In this document: piece by piece, positions 35,355 through 50,766 of the stretch
Position numbering within the stretch: the stretch's first letter is position 1
Layout of the letters: each line of letters opens with the position of its first letter
Assembly: GCF_000143415.4 (NCBI RefSeq)
Contig: NW_003314282.1
Coordinates: 1,817,374-1,881,373, forward strand
Reading direction: 5' to 3'
Origin: Selaginella moellendorffii
Lineage: Eukaryota; Plantae; Lycopodiophyta
DNA: 64,000 nucleotides
The notes under the pieces: generated by a model
What the model saw: the letters and a program-made list of their open reading frames with translations, nothing else
The model's database searches: none
Told to the model about the DNA's origin: nothing
Translations under genes and position numbers: made by a program

Positions 35355-36756
35355 TCATTCTGCTTGGTTTAACTTTTTTACTTTTATGCAAAACCAAGTT
35401 ATTTAACCTAGAAAACAATTATTCTTTGGCATTATATGGCATTATAATGAAATATACCCAAACACATATAATATTAAATATGTACAAAGATTATAGCACT
35501 AAAATATTCAAATATAAAATAATTAGTAAAAATTATAAAAAAAACAATTAGTGAGATAATAACATATTAGTTTTTATTATACTTTAGTTTTAGATGAAAA
35601 TTCATATTTATTTTACTGTTAAATTATTTAGCACTTTAGAAATTAAAATTTATGGAATTATTTAATTTTAAAAAAATATTAACATTATTAGGATTTTTTT
35701 AAATGAGATTACAACCACGAAATTTTAGTTTGAAAATAGATTAAATATTATCAAATAATTATTTATAAATTATTACATTAACTTTATATACATAATTTAG
35801 ATTTAAGTTCAATGTTTTAAATATTTTAAATCTTTGAAAGAAAGATAAAACTAATATGATTTTTAAAATTTATTATTATATTAAAATAAAACTTTTATTC
35901 TTTTGAAAAATAGCTAATCTGGAGAAAAGCCATCAATATCAATTTTTTATCTTCATTTTTTTGATGAATAAAATAGAAACTAAACCATTCTTTTGAAAAA
36001 TATAAGTTTATGAAATTTAATCATAAACAGTTTTATTACATCCATAGACTTTGTGATAAAAGGTAATGTACAATGTTTATTTAATATATGTATTAAAATT
36101 TTCATAACATAATATATTTTATTTTATACATTTTTATCTTGATTACAATTATATAACTAACTAAAATTTTTGTTTGTATGTGAATATGAAATAACTATAC
36201 AAAAGGTGAAAAATAATATAGAAGTTATAATAAACTCACTTTAGAAAATATATATATTAAATATTCTACCAAAATATTGGTAGGAAGGTATGCATAAATT
36301 TAATTCTCATCCAAAAGAAATGAAATGAAATAATGATATGCATCTAGTGTGTTCTAAGGTAATTTTTAAGGGGTATAAAGAATATACTAGAAACTATAGT
36401 GACACAATAAAAAAAATAATAATACTAATAAATAAAGATGGTGAGAAAGCAAATGAGAAACTTATTAATATTTTGAATGACTTATGTATTTTATTTTTTA
36501 GTTTAAAGAAATTAAACTCCATAAAAAGTATAGCATAATTGTGTTTTCCATCACAATTAAAGAGTATAGTTGTATTATGAGTTGAAAACATTACATATAT
36601 ATTGATATTTTTTAAACTGTATAATAATATTATAATCTTTTAAAATATATACATATCTCACATTCTTTTACTTACATAAAAAATTTCTAAGTAGCTCTAG
36701 CATATATTCTGATATTTTAAAAGTTTTCTTAAAACAGTAAAAGAAAGATAGTTAAA

Positions 36757-36758
<2 letters not shown>

Positions 36759-36836
<78 letters not shown>
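36759..36836. repeat. Compound (AT)n(AC)n microsatellite, expanded in copy 2 only
   Basis: Seen directly; the equivalent site at ~25020 has only a few units. Confidence 0.95.
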
Positions 36837-36839
<3 letters not shown>

Positions 36840-38214
36840 AAGTTTATAACTATATGTATGTAATACTATATAGTAAATATGTTTATTAAATTGAGATTAA
36901 ATTTAGTTTATCAATTTCTATATATGAAGGGTATTTACCCCAATGAATATATCCTACATTAATGGAGGTGGAAGGCATTATGAAGAGCACAATTTTGTTA
37001 CCTTTATTAGTTTTTAGCATGTTTTTTATTTGTTCCTGTTTTATTTTATTTAAATCTATTGTAATTTTTTATATCAAATCTATTTTTCCTTTATTTACAT
37101 TTCCACACCATCATCCATCAAGGAGTATATTTTATAAATACTACTCTATTATCCTCATTCTGCAATGTTTTTCTTGCTTTTGTTTCTTCTTTAGATATAA
37201 CTTTTGGAGTTATGGCTATTGAGTGTGATTCTATATTCATGCTACTTTAGCACTTAGTGTGTTTCCATATTTAACTTCCATAAGATATAATTACATGGTC
37301 TTTTGTTATTAAAATTTTTGCTGTTGTTAAACGTGATTTAATATTGATTTAAGAGTAATGGATAATGTAATAAAATTCTTGGAAGATGTTTATGTTTATG
37401 AGTAGGAGGAATTTGGTTGCTTTAAAAATAATTATGAAGACAAGTTAAAGATTTCATATAGTGATCTATTATATAATTCCTCTTTCCATGCCTTTTCAGA
37501 TTTCTTGATTTGAGCCACTTTCTTGTGTTTCTAGTATTTCTTCATCTACAATATTTTATTTTCTTGAGATATTAATTTCTTTTGACTTTGACAATTTTAG
37601 TTTTTATTTTGATATCAAATTTAGTGTTTCCTATTTTCCTTTGAATGATCTAAACCTTTGAGTGTATGTATTGTAGAGTGTTTTTATTTTGTCTTATTAG
37701 CGAAGTATTTAATTAATTATAACATTGAGGATTCCCTTTTTCTAAGGATTCAATCACTTTTACATAAGTTTAAGGATCTTTTCCCATTGTGAATGTTGTT
37801 GAAAGTATTTGTTATACTAAAGAATTTTTGCTTATCTCATGTTGTTCAGTATAACAAGTTGTCAACATATTATTTTATGATCCATAGTCATCATATAAAG
37901 ACAGCTTTTTAGCTTAGTTTGATCTCAAAAATCTTGGTGAGACAAAAAATTTATCCATAGAATTGGATGAGAGAAATTTGTAAATAGATCAAGAATGAGT
38001 TAAGAAATAAATGAATTTTTAAGGTTCATTTATGTGGAAGTGATATTTCCAATATCATAAAGTTGTACAACCATTGTGTCTTAAGGAGATATGAGAAGTG
38101 ACAAGCTTTCCTACAAGTATTTGGAACATATTGGTAACGTAGGATTTTGGTTTGGGGATTAGAGGAGTTAACGTTTAACAGTGCAGTTCCAAAAGTAACT
38201 TGGAAAGAGAAGTT

Positions 38215-38948
38215 TTAGGTATGGTTTTCAATTTGGAGCTTGGCCTGGAGAAACTCGGCTACGTCCTCCAGCTCCTCCGGCTCCTTGATCCAGTGCCCGT
38301 CCAACTTGGCCCCAACGTACTGCCGCCACGTCACGTCCACGTTCATGTTGGTGCTCAGTACGTGACGAGCCCCTCAACGCGAGCTCGAGAGGTACCTTGC
38401 GGACGTGAGTGCCGCTGGCCCAAAAAGACGGGAGTGGGAGCCTCAGCCCCCTGTAAATCTCCCTCCACTGTCATCCCCTGATCGAGCTTGTGAGCGAGCG
38501 GTAACCATCCGCTCATGCCCACATAGGCTCCCAGCCTGTGCTCGCAGCGCAGCAACGCGTACAGGGACGTTGCCTGCCCCTGGCTGAGGCCGCCAAGCAC
38601 AAGCCTGTCCGCCCTGCCGCCTAGCCGCTGCACCTCATCCTCGATGAGCCCCAGAACGTACTCAACGGAGCTGCTTAGTCCTGGGATCTCCTGCGCCGAC
38701 TCGCTGCTGTCCCGCGGCGAGGCATCCAACCACTGCTTGCGCTCCATCTCCATGGAGCTCGACCACAGCAGCCCGGAGCTGGGGAAGACCCAGCGGAAGC
38801 TCGGGAACTTGGCGAAGAGAGAGGGGCGCATCCGACGGATCGCCCTCCAAAACTGCGGCCCGTCGCTGCCGTTGCCATGGAGGAGGATGACGGTGTGGGT
38901 GTGCTCCGAAGCAGGCTCCTGGATGTGTGGCGCCGGCCGCTCCCTCAT
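38215..38948 (-). pseudogene. Intronless phospholipase/carboxylesterase (acyl-protein thioesterase-like alpha/beta hydrolase) with two frameshifts
   Basis: HTHTVILLHGNGSDG, RWVFPS, LGGLSQG nucleophile elbow, SGWLP, TPVFLG; frameshifted tail VTWRQYVGAKLDGHWIKEPEELEDVAEFL*. Confidence 0.85.
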
Positions 38949-39275
38949 GGCTCCTGAGGAAATCATTAGGGCTCTTCCTAACGTAAAGGATGCGTTGGGA
39001 TTCAAGGCGATAAATAAGAGTTGGCTGGGAAGCTGGAAGTCTAAGTAGGTATTCAGTCTCCGTGGGTCAGGGGTCGGATATCTTCGGATTGCATTGCATG
39101 CATGCCGTTGGGCTCTGAGTGTAAACACTTCATATATTATATAATGCCGGTCTCAAAGAAATTTGCATGCATCGTTTCCAATTTCTACGATCGGACCAGT
39201 AGTGTCTGCGACAATCAAGTAAGGTTTTCTATAAGTGAAAATTATTATGTTTAGTGATAAATTAAAATTATATTA

Positions 39276-39418
39276 AGTTCTACACTTAGAGAGTATATTG
39301 ATTTTAAATGAGTAGCATGAGTAGCTTGTTTAAATGCTAGCTAATAAGCGAAGCAAAGGTGTATGCTAGCTGTTTAAAACAAGCTACTAATCAAAGTATT
39401 CTCCCTAAGTTTAGAACT
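39276..39418. mobile_element. MITE-like foldback element with TA on both sides
   Basis: agttctacacttagagagtatattgatt..agtagcttgtttaaatgctagc is the imperfect inverse of gctagctgtttaaaacaagctactaatcaaagtattctccctaagtttagaact. Confidence 0.6.
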
Positions 39419-40345
39419 TATTTCAACATAAGAATATAATAGAACACTAGTGATAAATTAAAATTAAATTAATTTAATGGTGCCCAAGGAGTAGACGATC
39501 GAAACAAGGAACCGATCTAAATGAAGATGTTTTGAATTAGATTAATATAGGATTTAGTTTGTCGTGGTACTTTGACGGCCACCTTGGATTTCTCGAAGCT
39601 AGAGGCGTCTGTTTCTACGAACCCGGTGCAAGCGAAGAACGGGCGGGCCTTGCGTGCTCTGGCTATTATAATCGAGTGCTTGAAGTTGAATAAAAAACAT
39701 TTGTTAGTATTTGTTAAGTGGATACGTTCAGGGTGGTCTGAACTTCTTCTGCACATTATCTGAGGAGTTATTGTTTTTATGACTTTGGAAACATATTTAT
39801 AATCTAGACATACAACATTTTGAAAACGACGACACAATCTGATTCCACCCCTGATCGCTCCCGACGCACCCAACAAAGCCACTTGATTTATGTAGAAGGC
39901 GATTATCCTGAGCGCGAGTTGCAGTCAGGATCCATGTGAAGCTCGCAAGAAGCATCTAAGCAGGACTTCGGAAGCCACCACAGTCTTCAATTCTAATTGC
40001 CATTATAAAAGCTGAACACAAGCAGAAGAAGAAGATAAAGTAGTTAGTACCTCATGGTTTGTTATGACGGCTCACGAGAGCTTGTCTTATACATGAAGGT
40101 TGAAGTTGATCAGTTTTGGCGGTGAAAGTCTCATGGTTTGCCAAATGTCAGAACAAGCTCCTAATCCATTTTGCATAGAAACAATCAAAACAGATGTGCA
40201 GCTGCAGAATACGATCGAAGGAGTATGAATAACGATAATTCTTCTCTACAAAATTGTGCTGGAAAGTTGAGGCTCTAGAAGTAAGTCTATATCGGTATCA
40301 AAATCCGCTATACACAGCGATATAAACAAGCATTTTCCGGAGACA

Positions 40346-40457
40346 GTAGACGAGAAGAATGGCGGTGTAGAGCTCCTGGAAGGAGATGAAATCCTTGCCA
40401 TTGTGTGCCGTGAAGTGGTCAAAGTCCCGGCCTTGTAGATAATCACTCTGGAAAACC
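40346..40457 (-). pseudogene. Possible fragment of a small plant EF-hand calcium-binding protein gene
   Basis: FDHFTAHNGKDFISFQELYTAILLVY resembles the FD.F....G....FEELYxAxLLVY N-terminal motif of that family; downstream exons not found. Confidence 0.4.
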
Positions 40458-40525
40458 TTTAAACTACTTTGATTTGGGCTTAAGGCCTGTTACTTGTGAT
40501 AACTCGCCAAAAAGAGCATACATCT

Positions 40526-41997
40526 TTACTCTACAAGCCCACTCACAGCATCAACGTCGGCTTCCCCCATTCCAGTGTCTTCCTCCTCCTCACTCTCGCC
40601 ATCGCCATCCACCTCCTTGTTTGCTTCACTCAGCCGTCCCAAAAGATGGCGATCGTCCGAGTCGCTCACCTGGGACAAGGAGAATTCGTGAGCAAACACC
40701 GAGAGAAGCAAGAAAAAAACTCTTGGGGACTCACCACTCTAGCCGCCTCTTTCACAACAAGCTTTCCTTTGTTAGATTCTATGGACTTGGCACAAGCTTT
40801 CGTTGCCTCCACTAGCACTGCTATCCCTTGCTCCTGCGTAACTCCAACGCTCAGCACAATCAGCTTTGGAGAATTTTGTGTACCTTGTCTAGTGTTTGAG
40901 TCGTCAAAACGTACAGCGGTGGTGCTACTAGCTTTATTTTCACGGGACAGTCCGCGGTACCAGCGGCTTCAGCCTGTCTCATTGCTTCCTGAAATTGGAA
41001 AATGAGGATAAAGAAGTAAAGAACAAATCGTCGAGAGAAAGCAAGCGAAACCAAACCTTGATATGAAGGACACCATCGTACTGGAAGCACTTGAGCTCAA
41101 CGTCGGCTCTGATCTTCAGTGGCTGGGGCGTCATTCGCCTCCGGACGTTCTTCACAAGAGCATCTTTGACTTCTTCCGTCACTGCTGGAACCGTCTTCGT
41201 AACCTGAAAAAGGCAATAGAGCAGAAAATAAAAGAGAAAGAATGACCAGTTTTTAGTACCTCTTGTCCGTCCGGTCCAGTCTCTTTGATTGTTCTCGTTA
41301 GCCCTGACAAGATCGTATCTGGATCTGCTACCATGACCTTGAAAGCCTACAAAATTTCCAGAGGGAAAAAGTGAAGCAAACTTCCTCCATGTCGAGAGAA
41401 AGAAACTTACCTCGAATGCATGGCCATATTTCTTGTAAAGAGGCCATCCTACATGAACGTAGAGATCCTGCACAACATGAGGAAAAAAGAAGAAGTGAGA
41501 ACATGAGGAAAAAAAAAGAAGTGAGAACTTGTCGTGAAAAGAAACCTTTTTTCATACCTCAAGATCGACACTTTCAGTGTCAGCAACGTGACGCATGATT
41601 GAATGAACGAGCTTGCTCTTGTTGAATCGCTCCTCGCACACCGCAATGTCCTCCTCCGAGACCCTCCTCTTGCTGAGATCAATGTAACCCTTCTCCTTGT
41701 CCACCCTGAGAACCATCACTGGCTCCTGGCGGCCCACTTTAATCAAGCTCCCAATGCTGCGAATCCGGCGCCGCGAGAGCTCCGACAGTAGAATCATCCC
41801 CTCGATATTGTTGTACTCGAGCAGCGAGACGTAGGCGCCCATCTCCGCGATGTGTTTGACCTTGAGAGGAGAGATTCTAGCTCAGGAATTCCACAGATTT
41901 CTAGCTGGGAGAGAGAATCACATACCTGGACCATCACCACGTCGTCCACTTCGGGGAATCTGGCCTCGTACATCCGACAGTCTTGCGAGATCGTCAT
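40526..41997 (-). CDS. eIF2A: Eukaryotic translation initiation factor 2 subunit alpha
   Basis: [45 protein letters not shown] (Ser51 site), [11 protein letters not shown]. Confidence 0.97.
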
Positions 41998-42163
41998 GGC
42001 GATGGCGCTCGCGCTGCCGTAAACCCTAAAACTTTTAATGGGAGGCGAATTTTTAGGGCTTTAGGAGGATTTTGGCGGCGCCACCGGTTGTAGAGGAGGC
42101 GGCGCCGCCGAGCGGCCATTCTAAGTTTTAGGGCTTGGCGAAGTGGGGCTATTTGCTTTGGCG
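41998..42163. promoter_or_regulatory. 166-bp bidirectional promoter (eIF2-alpha/MIRO) with telo-box
   Basis: AAACCCTAA at 42021 and ttagggct variants at ~42053 and ~42128; head-to-head ATGs. Confidence 0.6.
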
Positions 42164-44891
<2,728 letters not shown>

Positions 44892-45131
44892 TCGTGATAT
44901 GCTCACCCAAAAAGATGATATATCAGTGAATCACGAGAATATATATTCTTTTGAGGAGCGTTGTTTTTCAAAGGCCCGGGGATTCGATGATAATGGGAAG
45001 AGAGGTAGACAAAAGTTTCTATACAAAAGTTTTTGCAGTTTACTGCCTCTTTTTATATGCAAAATTGGACATTTGTTTCTTCTTGCATTGTTTTCTATGG
45101 TTTTCTATGGTTTCCTGTTCTTGTAGCCTGT

Positions 45132-47543
45132 TTAGTCGTCTTCCTTGCAGCTCTCGGGACTACTCGGTTCTTCCGCATCTACCATTCCCAAGATCTCGTC
45201 GATAAACTCATCCTCCATCTCAATGCTTGGGAACCTCTCAATCTCATCACCACCACCGACACCACCGACACCACCACCACCGCCACTGTTTGCTGCCACT
45301 GGAGCTCCCACACTGACTGTAGGCTTCGTCACCTTCCTCTTCTTCACGCAAGCTCTCGATCCAGGACGCTGCTGCTCGACCGGAGGAGCGTCCTTGGAGG
45401 AGTCCGAGACGGTGGAAGCCCCGCTCAGGCAGTCATCTTCGAGCTTGCTCGACGTGGTGGTCGTGGTTGTCTCTGCCGCTGGTGTCACTGGCCTGGCAGC
45501 GAACTTCTTCGCACAGATGATCTGGCGGCCGGGACCAAGTTAGACACGACAGAAAACTCTGGTTTTGCAAAACGAAAGCAAAGCCTACATGTTTTCCAGT
45601 CTTTGCGTCTCGATATATTTGTATCAAGTCGCCCTCTTTGAGCAGATGCGACTTGACGTAGTCACCTGCTCATGCAATCGAAAGCCCAATTAAACAACTG
45701 CCTGGAGAGAGAACGAACGGGCTTTGATGGTACCTGTGCCCTCCAGAAGATACATGCGACTCTTGTTGTTAGGCCAAAATCTGCACAGGCACGAAACAAA
45801 GGGAGTGTTAACGTCAAAGCCAGTAACTAAAGGTTAGAAAAAAGCTACACTGCACTACAATACACTCCTGTCAACAAAGGACTTAAGACGATGAGATCTA
45901 AACTCTTTACTTAGCTTATCTCAATCACACTACCTGCGCCTCTAGATCTCGAGCATAACTCTCCTTAAACTTCCGGACGACGGTTATATGATCAGTGAAC
46001 TTATCCTAGCATATAGCATGGCTGTACTACATGGCGAGAAAATGGGAGACAGAACGTAAACATCAACCATCACCATCATCATCGTCTGCAGCGTAAGCAG
46101 AAAACTTAGAAATTCTATAGTCACCACTGGTACCTGTAGCGAAAGTGCCACGTCTGGGCTGTCAGTACATCCTCCATCGCCAGCATGATGCCTTCCCTCA
46201 AGCTTAAATACGGCAAATGGATCTCGGCTTCCTTCTGCCAAAGCAAGAAAAAAAGAGCAAACTTTAAACGCGTTAGAATTAGCTCTAGAAGAGATCCGAT
46301 CACACCACACCGCCTCACAGACAAAGAAGAGATGCAATCACGGCAAAAAAATCAACAAACAAGGAAAAAAAAAAGGATAGAATGGGAAGAAAAGTGAAAG
46401 TTGTCACAGCAACCGAGTGAGGTGTCAAGAGTTCCGTTGTTTATTATAAATAAGAATCTGTCTCCCTGGCCCAGCCTTCTCCCTCTTTCACTTTTGCGTT
46501 CTTTTGTATGCGTATAAAAAGAGGATGGCAAAAGGACCAATCGAAGATAGGCAGGTATTGGAAGACAGGTAGTGGTGGTGGTGGTCATTAGAAGACCAAA
46601 ATCCAACTTGAGTGGTCTCAGGCCTTGTTCTCAGTGTCCTGTTACAAATGAATCAACAGCCAGCTCAATGAAAAGCACAATCAGCTTGAAAGCTCAAGCA
46701 CAGTACACCATACATACACACACCCACACACACACCCCATAAAGAATGGTGGTTGGAGAAAGATCAAAGGAGGATGAAGCATAAAACAAAATCAAGCTTA
46801 AGAACTACAACAGTACCTTTGGCAAGACGATCCGTCCCAAATTCCCCACATCGCTGGGCTTGAGCTCCTTTTGCAGCAAGAACTTGACGCTCTTATCGCA
46901 ACTCATTCGTGCCTGGATTGAAAAAAAAAAACGTTCAAATAGTTGAAAACAGGACCAAGAAGACAAAAAAAAAAACAAAAAAAAAAAAAAAACCCAGTGT
47001 CTCGAGCCCAAGTAGCATGCAAAGAAGAATTGGGAATTTCACACAACCCACCTTGATCCCATCGCGACAAGTACCGAATTGATGTTGATGCTGCTCACGA
47101 GCTCCCAGAGCCCCATGAGTCGTTGCCAAAGATAGTGACGAATTCGAAGTGGTGGTCGTGGTGATCGTCGCCGCCGTCGCCGTGGTGGCTAAAAATCCCG
47201 CCGTGGAGGCCGAGGACCAAGCTCCAGCGCTGGTGGCCACCGGCGAATGCGAAAGGCTAGTGCCCCCAAACCCACCTTTGTGGCGGCGCTGGCGAGCCAT
47301 TCTACTCTTTCGAGCCGCCCGAGTGGTGGCCGCCGCGGACGCCGAGTTGGCGATCGGAGCCGTCGCCATTGATCGCGGAGTAGCAACGTCCGCGGCGGTG
47401 GTGGTAGCATCCGGATACGCCGAGGAGAAGTGCTGGCCGGGGACAACGTTGGGGTCCCCGTAGAACTGGCCACCACCACCACCACCAGTCGAGGCGGCCT
47501 CGCCACCAAATCCACCAGCCACTGGAAATCCCGGGTGCTGGAA

Positions 47544-47578
<35 letters not shown>

Positions 47579-48302
47579 TGTGGACGGGCACGTCCATGAA
47601 GCCACCGAAATTCTCGAACGGCAGCGAGAAACCATCCATCGATCCACCACCGCCCTGCTGCTGCTGATGCTTCAACCACACCTGGATGATGTTCCACAGT
47701 CTCATAGCTCCCCGCCGCCCGCCGCCCAGGCGCTCCACCGCCTTGTCCATGACCGGCTTCTTCACGATGATCTTCCGGAGATCAGGAGCAAACTGGTGGC
47801 CGGATCTGGCCTCGGTGAGCGGCGGGAGGAGCTGCTGCTCGGCCTGCCGCTGCCGCTCCTCGTCGTGCTGCTGCTGCCTATCGCCGAAGAAATCGTCGGG
47901 GATACTAAGCTCGAGCGTTTCTTGATTGGCGCAGGAATCCGGAAAGGTCGATGAGCAGCTGGAACTGGATCGACAGAAGATCATCTCGTCCTCGTGCTGC
48001 TTGTGCTCGAATTGCTCGCAGCAATCTTGGGTGTGCATGCCGGAATCCTCTGGGCTGGTGGAATCCCCGTCGAGCGGCACCTCGGGCAGCATCATCATAC
48101 AGTCAATAGCGCCATCGTCGTCCCTAATCCATGCATCCAGCTCCAAACAGCTGATCGCCGCCGCCGCCTCCGCGCCCTCGCCTCCTACATTCCCCGCCGC
48201 CGCTACCGCCCCCTGGGATTCCTGCGAAGACGATCTTTCCTCCACCTCGCTGCCGTTGCCACCGCCGCCGCTGCTGCTGCTGTTGCCGTTGCAAGGAATC
48301 AT
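45132..48302 (-). CDS. ABI3: ABI3/VP1-like (LAV family) B3 transcription factor
   Basis: B1 (DLRKIIVKK..VERLGGG), B2 (ARKSRMARQRR), B3 (FLLQKELKPSDVGNLGRIVLPK, EAEIHLP, FWPNNKSRMYLLE), polyQ. Confidence 0.9.
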
Positions 48303-48716
48303 AATAATCTTCTTTGAAGATCCAAGAACAGGCCGCGCGGCCCGGCGCGACGCGACCGCTGGAACTGGAAGAGCGGAGCAAAGAAGACGCTAGAAGACTC
48401 TAGAGCGCGCCGCGAGCGAGCGATCGAGCGATTGATGGATTGATCGAGAAACACAAAATATTCCCTAGGGTAGGCTCCAGCGCCTCAAAGAGGAGAAAGG
48501 GATCACGATGAGGCCGAGCGCCAGAGGAGATTATGGGGAGCAAAGAAAAATGCCAAATCCAGCGAAAAAAAAAAAGAGAGAAAACTGGGAAGCCTTCTAT
48601 TCAGGGAAAATTAGGGCGGGGGTTTGAGGGTCTTTCTGCTAAATCTGGCCCCTCGCCCCGCTGGCTAATCTAGTAAAACTGTTAGTTGGGACAGTGGCGA
48701 CGCTGCTGGATGTGCG

Positions 48717-48857
48717 ACGCGTGTCACGCCCAAAGGCCAACGTCGTGGGTGACCCCCTTGTCCGAGCCAAGCGTAGCACGTGTCGTCCCCGCTGCGGCGC
48801 CCCGATCGCGGCGCATCGGTAGCCGTCCTTTTGGCTTTCAACGGGCGCCAACGTGTC
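48717..48857. promoter_or_regulatory. ABA-response complex-like cluster upstream of the ABI3-like gene
   Basis: ACGCGTGTC (CE3-like) 48717, CACGTGTC 48777, ACGTGTC 48851. Confidence 0.55.
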
Positions 48858-49172
48858 CGCCCTAGATTCCACGATGCGCATCTCTCCTAGGGCTAAATAG
48901 TTCCTTTCACCCCCCTTTCCAACGCGGGCATATAGCGAATAGGAACAAGGCAGCTCGCGCGTCTCGTAGTGTGTAAAATCCGCGCTGGAGATATCCGAAA
49001 GATTTGGCATGAGGCTTGGTGTCATCATTGTTACCTCCAAAGTATTCGCCATTCAAAACATCTTTGGCAAGCCCCCGTGGCCTAGTGGGGCTGACGTAGC
49101 CCACCAGGTGGCGGATCTCCGGCTGGGATATACCGGGTTAGTCATTAAAAAAGATAACCGTGGGGGGTTTTA

Positions 49173-50710
49173 TTAGGCTAGTCCGCGATTTGCTTTCCCT
49201 TTCTCATTCTTTCCAGCTCTGCTTCTAACTGAGAGATTCGCTCGCGCAGTCTCAAAGTTGCCGCTTCGATTGATTCGTCTTGTAACTCCGACGCTGATGC
49301 CGCCGCTGGCTTGTATGGTGTCATTAAATTCGCAGCGAATTTCTTGAGGGCAGTGACACCGCGAACCTGCCAGAAACCAAAAAAATCTTAGTTGCTAACA
49401 TCAGCGTTTTTTCTCACCTCCTCCGGTAGCAGCGGCAAGAGTGTCAAGTTGAAATCCTCGTAGAGCTCGTAAAACTGGTCCAGATACTTTTGCTGCATTT
49501 TCAACCTCGCTTTCAAGAGCTTCGAGTCGGAGGCTGCAAAAAAAGTCCATAAGTCAGCGAGATGAGAGTCTGAATCGGTGTGGCCCTCACCTTCTTCTGG
49601 AAACAGGACTTGGTTTATGATGATGTTGTGAGTGTCAATCTCAAACCTCGCGAGCTCCTGGACTAATCTCTCGGTCTCGTACAGTGACAAAAACTCTGGG
49701 ATGCAAACGCATAAGAAGGTTGTCAAATCCTGCAGCAGTCGAGTTGCTGTTGTTTGATGTCTAGAAAAAATAGAGACTACAGGAAAAAAAAACAGAGCTT
49801 TTGCTTTACTTACCGGGTCGCGGAACTGTTCGTTCACTTGCTCAATCACGCTTTTCATGGCCTCGAGTTTTCCCATGATAGCATCTTCTCGAAACTCGTC
49901 ACCCAGACCAAATAGATGCGAAACCTGTAAAACCGTGAAACGTGAGGGAAATAGCCTTTTTTTCTTCGCAAGTACCTGACTGATCATGCCACCAAACTTG
50001 TTCTTTAGGCTCATCATTTTTCCCAAGCACTTCTCTAGCGTCGAAGGAAACTGGAGTAATCGTAGTGTGTGTCCTGTGGGAGCTGTGTCGAAAACAATCA
50101 CCGAATAGTCCATGGTTTTGACAAGCCTAGATCATCAAAAAATAGATAGAAAGACTGAGGACCATGAAGAATACAATAGAGAGCTTACTTTAGCATCTCA
50201 GCAAAGCTCACTGCTTCGTCAATGCCGGGGATGGCATTCGTAAGTTCCGAAAGAAATCCTCCCATTCCCTCGAAAGCATCCAACTCGTCGCCTTCCATGC
50301 TGGGATCCACTTCCTGATCAATCCATTAGAAGGAGACCAAGACAATGATCCAGCAAAGAAACATTCTAATAAAGAAGCCACGAAGAACACAAAAAAAAAT
50401 ATAGCAAAGAAGAACGCAGCAGCATACCAGCGCAGATCAGAGATTCTCGGGAGCGAACCATTGCGAAGAGATTGGAGAAGCCATCGACGAGCGTTGGCGT
50501 GCGCGTAAATTTCTGCTGGAACGCATCGCTGAGGTTGTGCGCCGGATCCGTGGAGATGATCAACACCGAGGGCCGGATTTCGGCGAGCAGGATCGCGAGC
50601 ATGGAGCTACACGTTGTCTTGCCGACGCCGCCCTTACCACCGACGAAGATCCATTTGAGCTGCTCTTGATCCAGGACATTGCGCACGCTCCCCTCCAGCG
50701 GTGTCCCCAT
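49173..50710 (-). CDS. GET3: GET3/ASNA1 ATPase (tail-anchored protein targeting)
   Basis: [58 protein letters not shown]. Confidence 0.96.
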
Positions 50711-50719
50711 TCCACTGAT

Positions 50720-50743
50720 AAACCCTAGACGTACTTAGGGTTT
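50720..50743. promoter_or_regulatory. Inverted pair of telo-boxes between head-to-head GET3 and DHHC genes
   Basis: aaaccctag-acgtac-ttagggttt. Confidence 0.6.
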
Positions 50744-50766
50744 TTACTTAGCATGCGAGAAGCGCG

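Larger units (their letters stand above)
30778..37745 (+). repeat. Segmental duplication unit, copy 2
   Basis: Direct repeat of 18980-25876, offset ~11.8 kb. Confidence 0.95.

Noticed and set aside
35400-38200. LINE endonuclease/RT relic in the AT-rich tract
   Set aside because: Only vague motif echoes; cannot be supported without a profile search
39517-39882. 121-aa minus-strand ORF
   Set aside because: Non-ATG start and no recognisable homology
48639-49052. 137-aa ORF between ABI3 and GET3
   Set aside because: No domain features; overlaps the GC-rich promoter motifs
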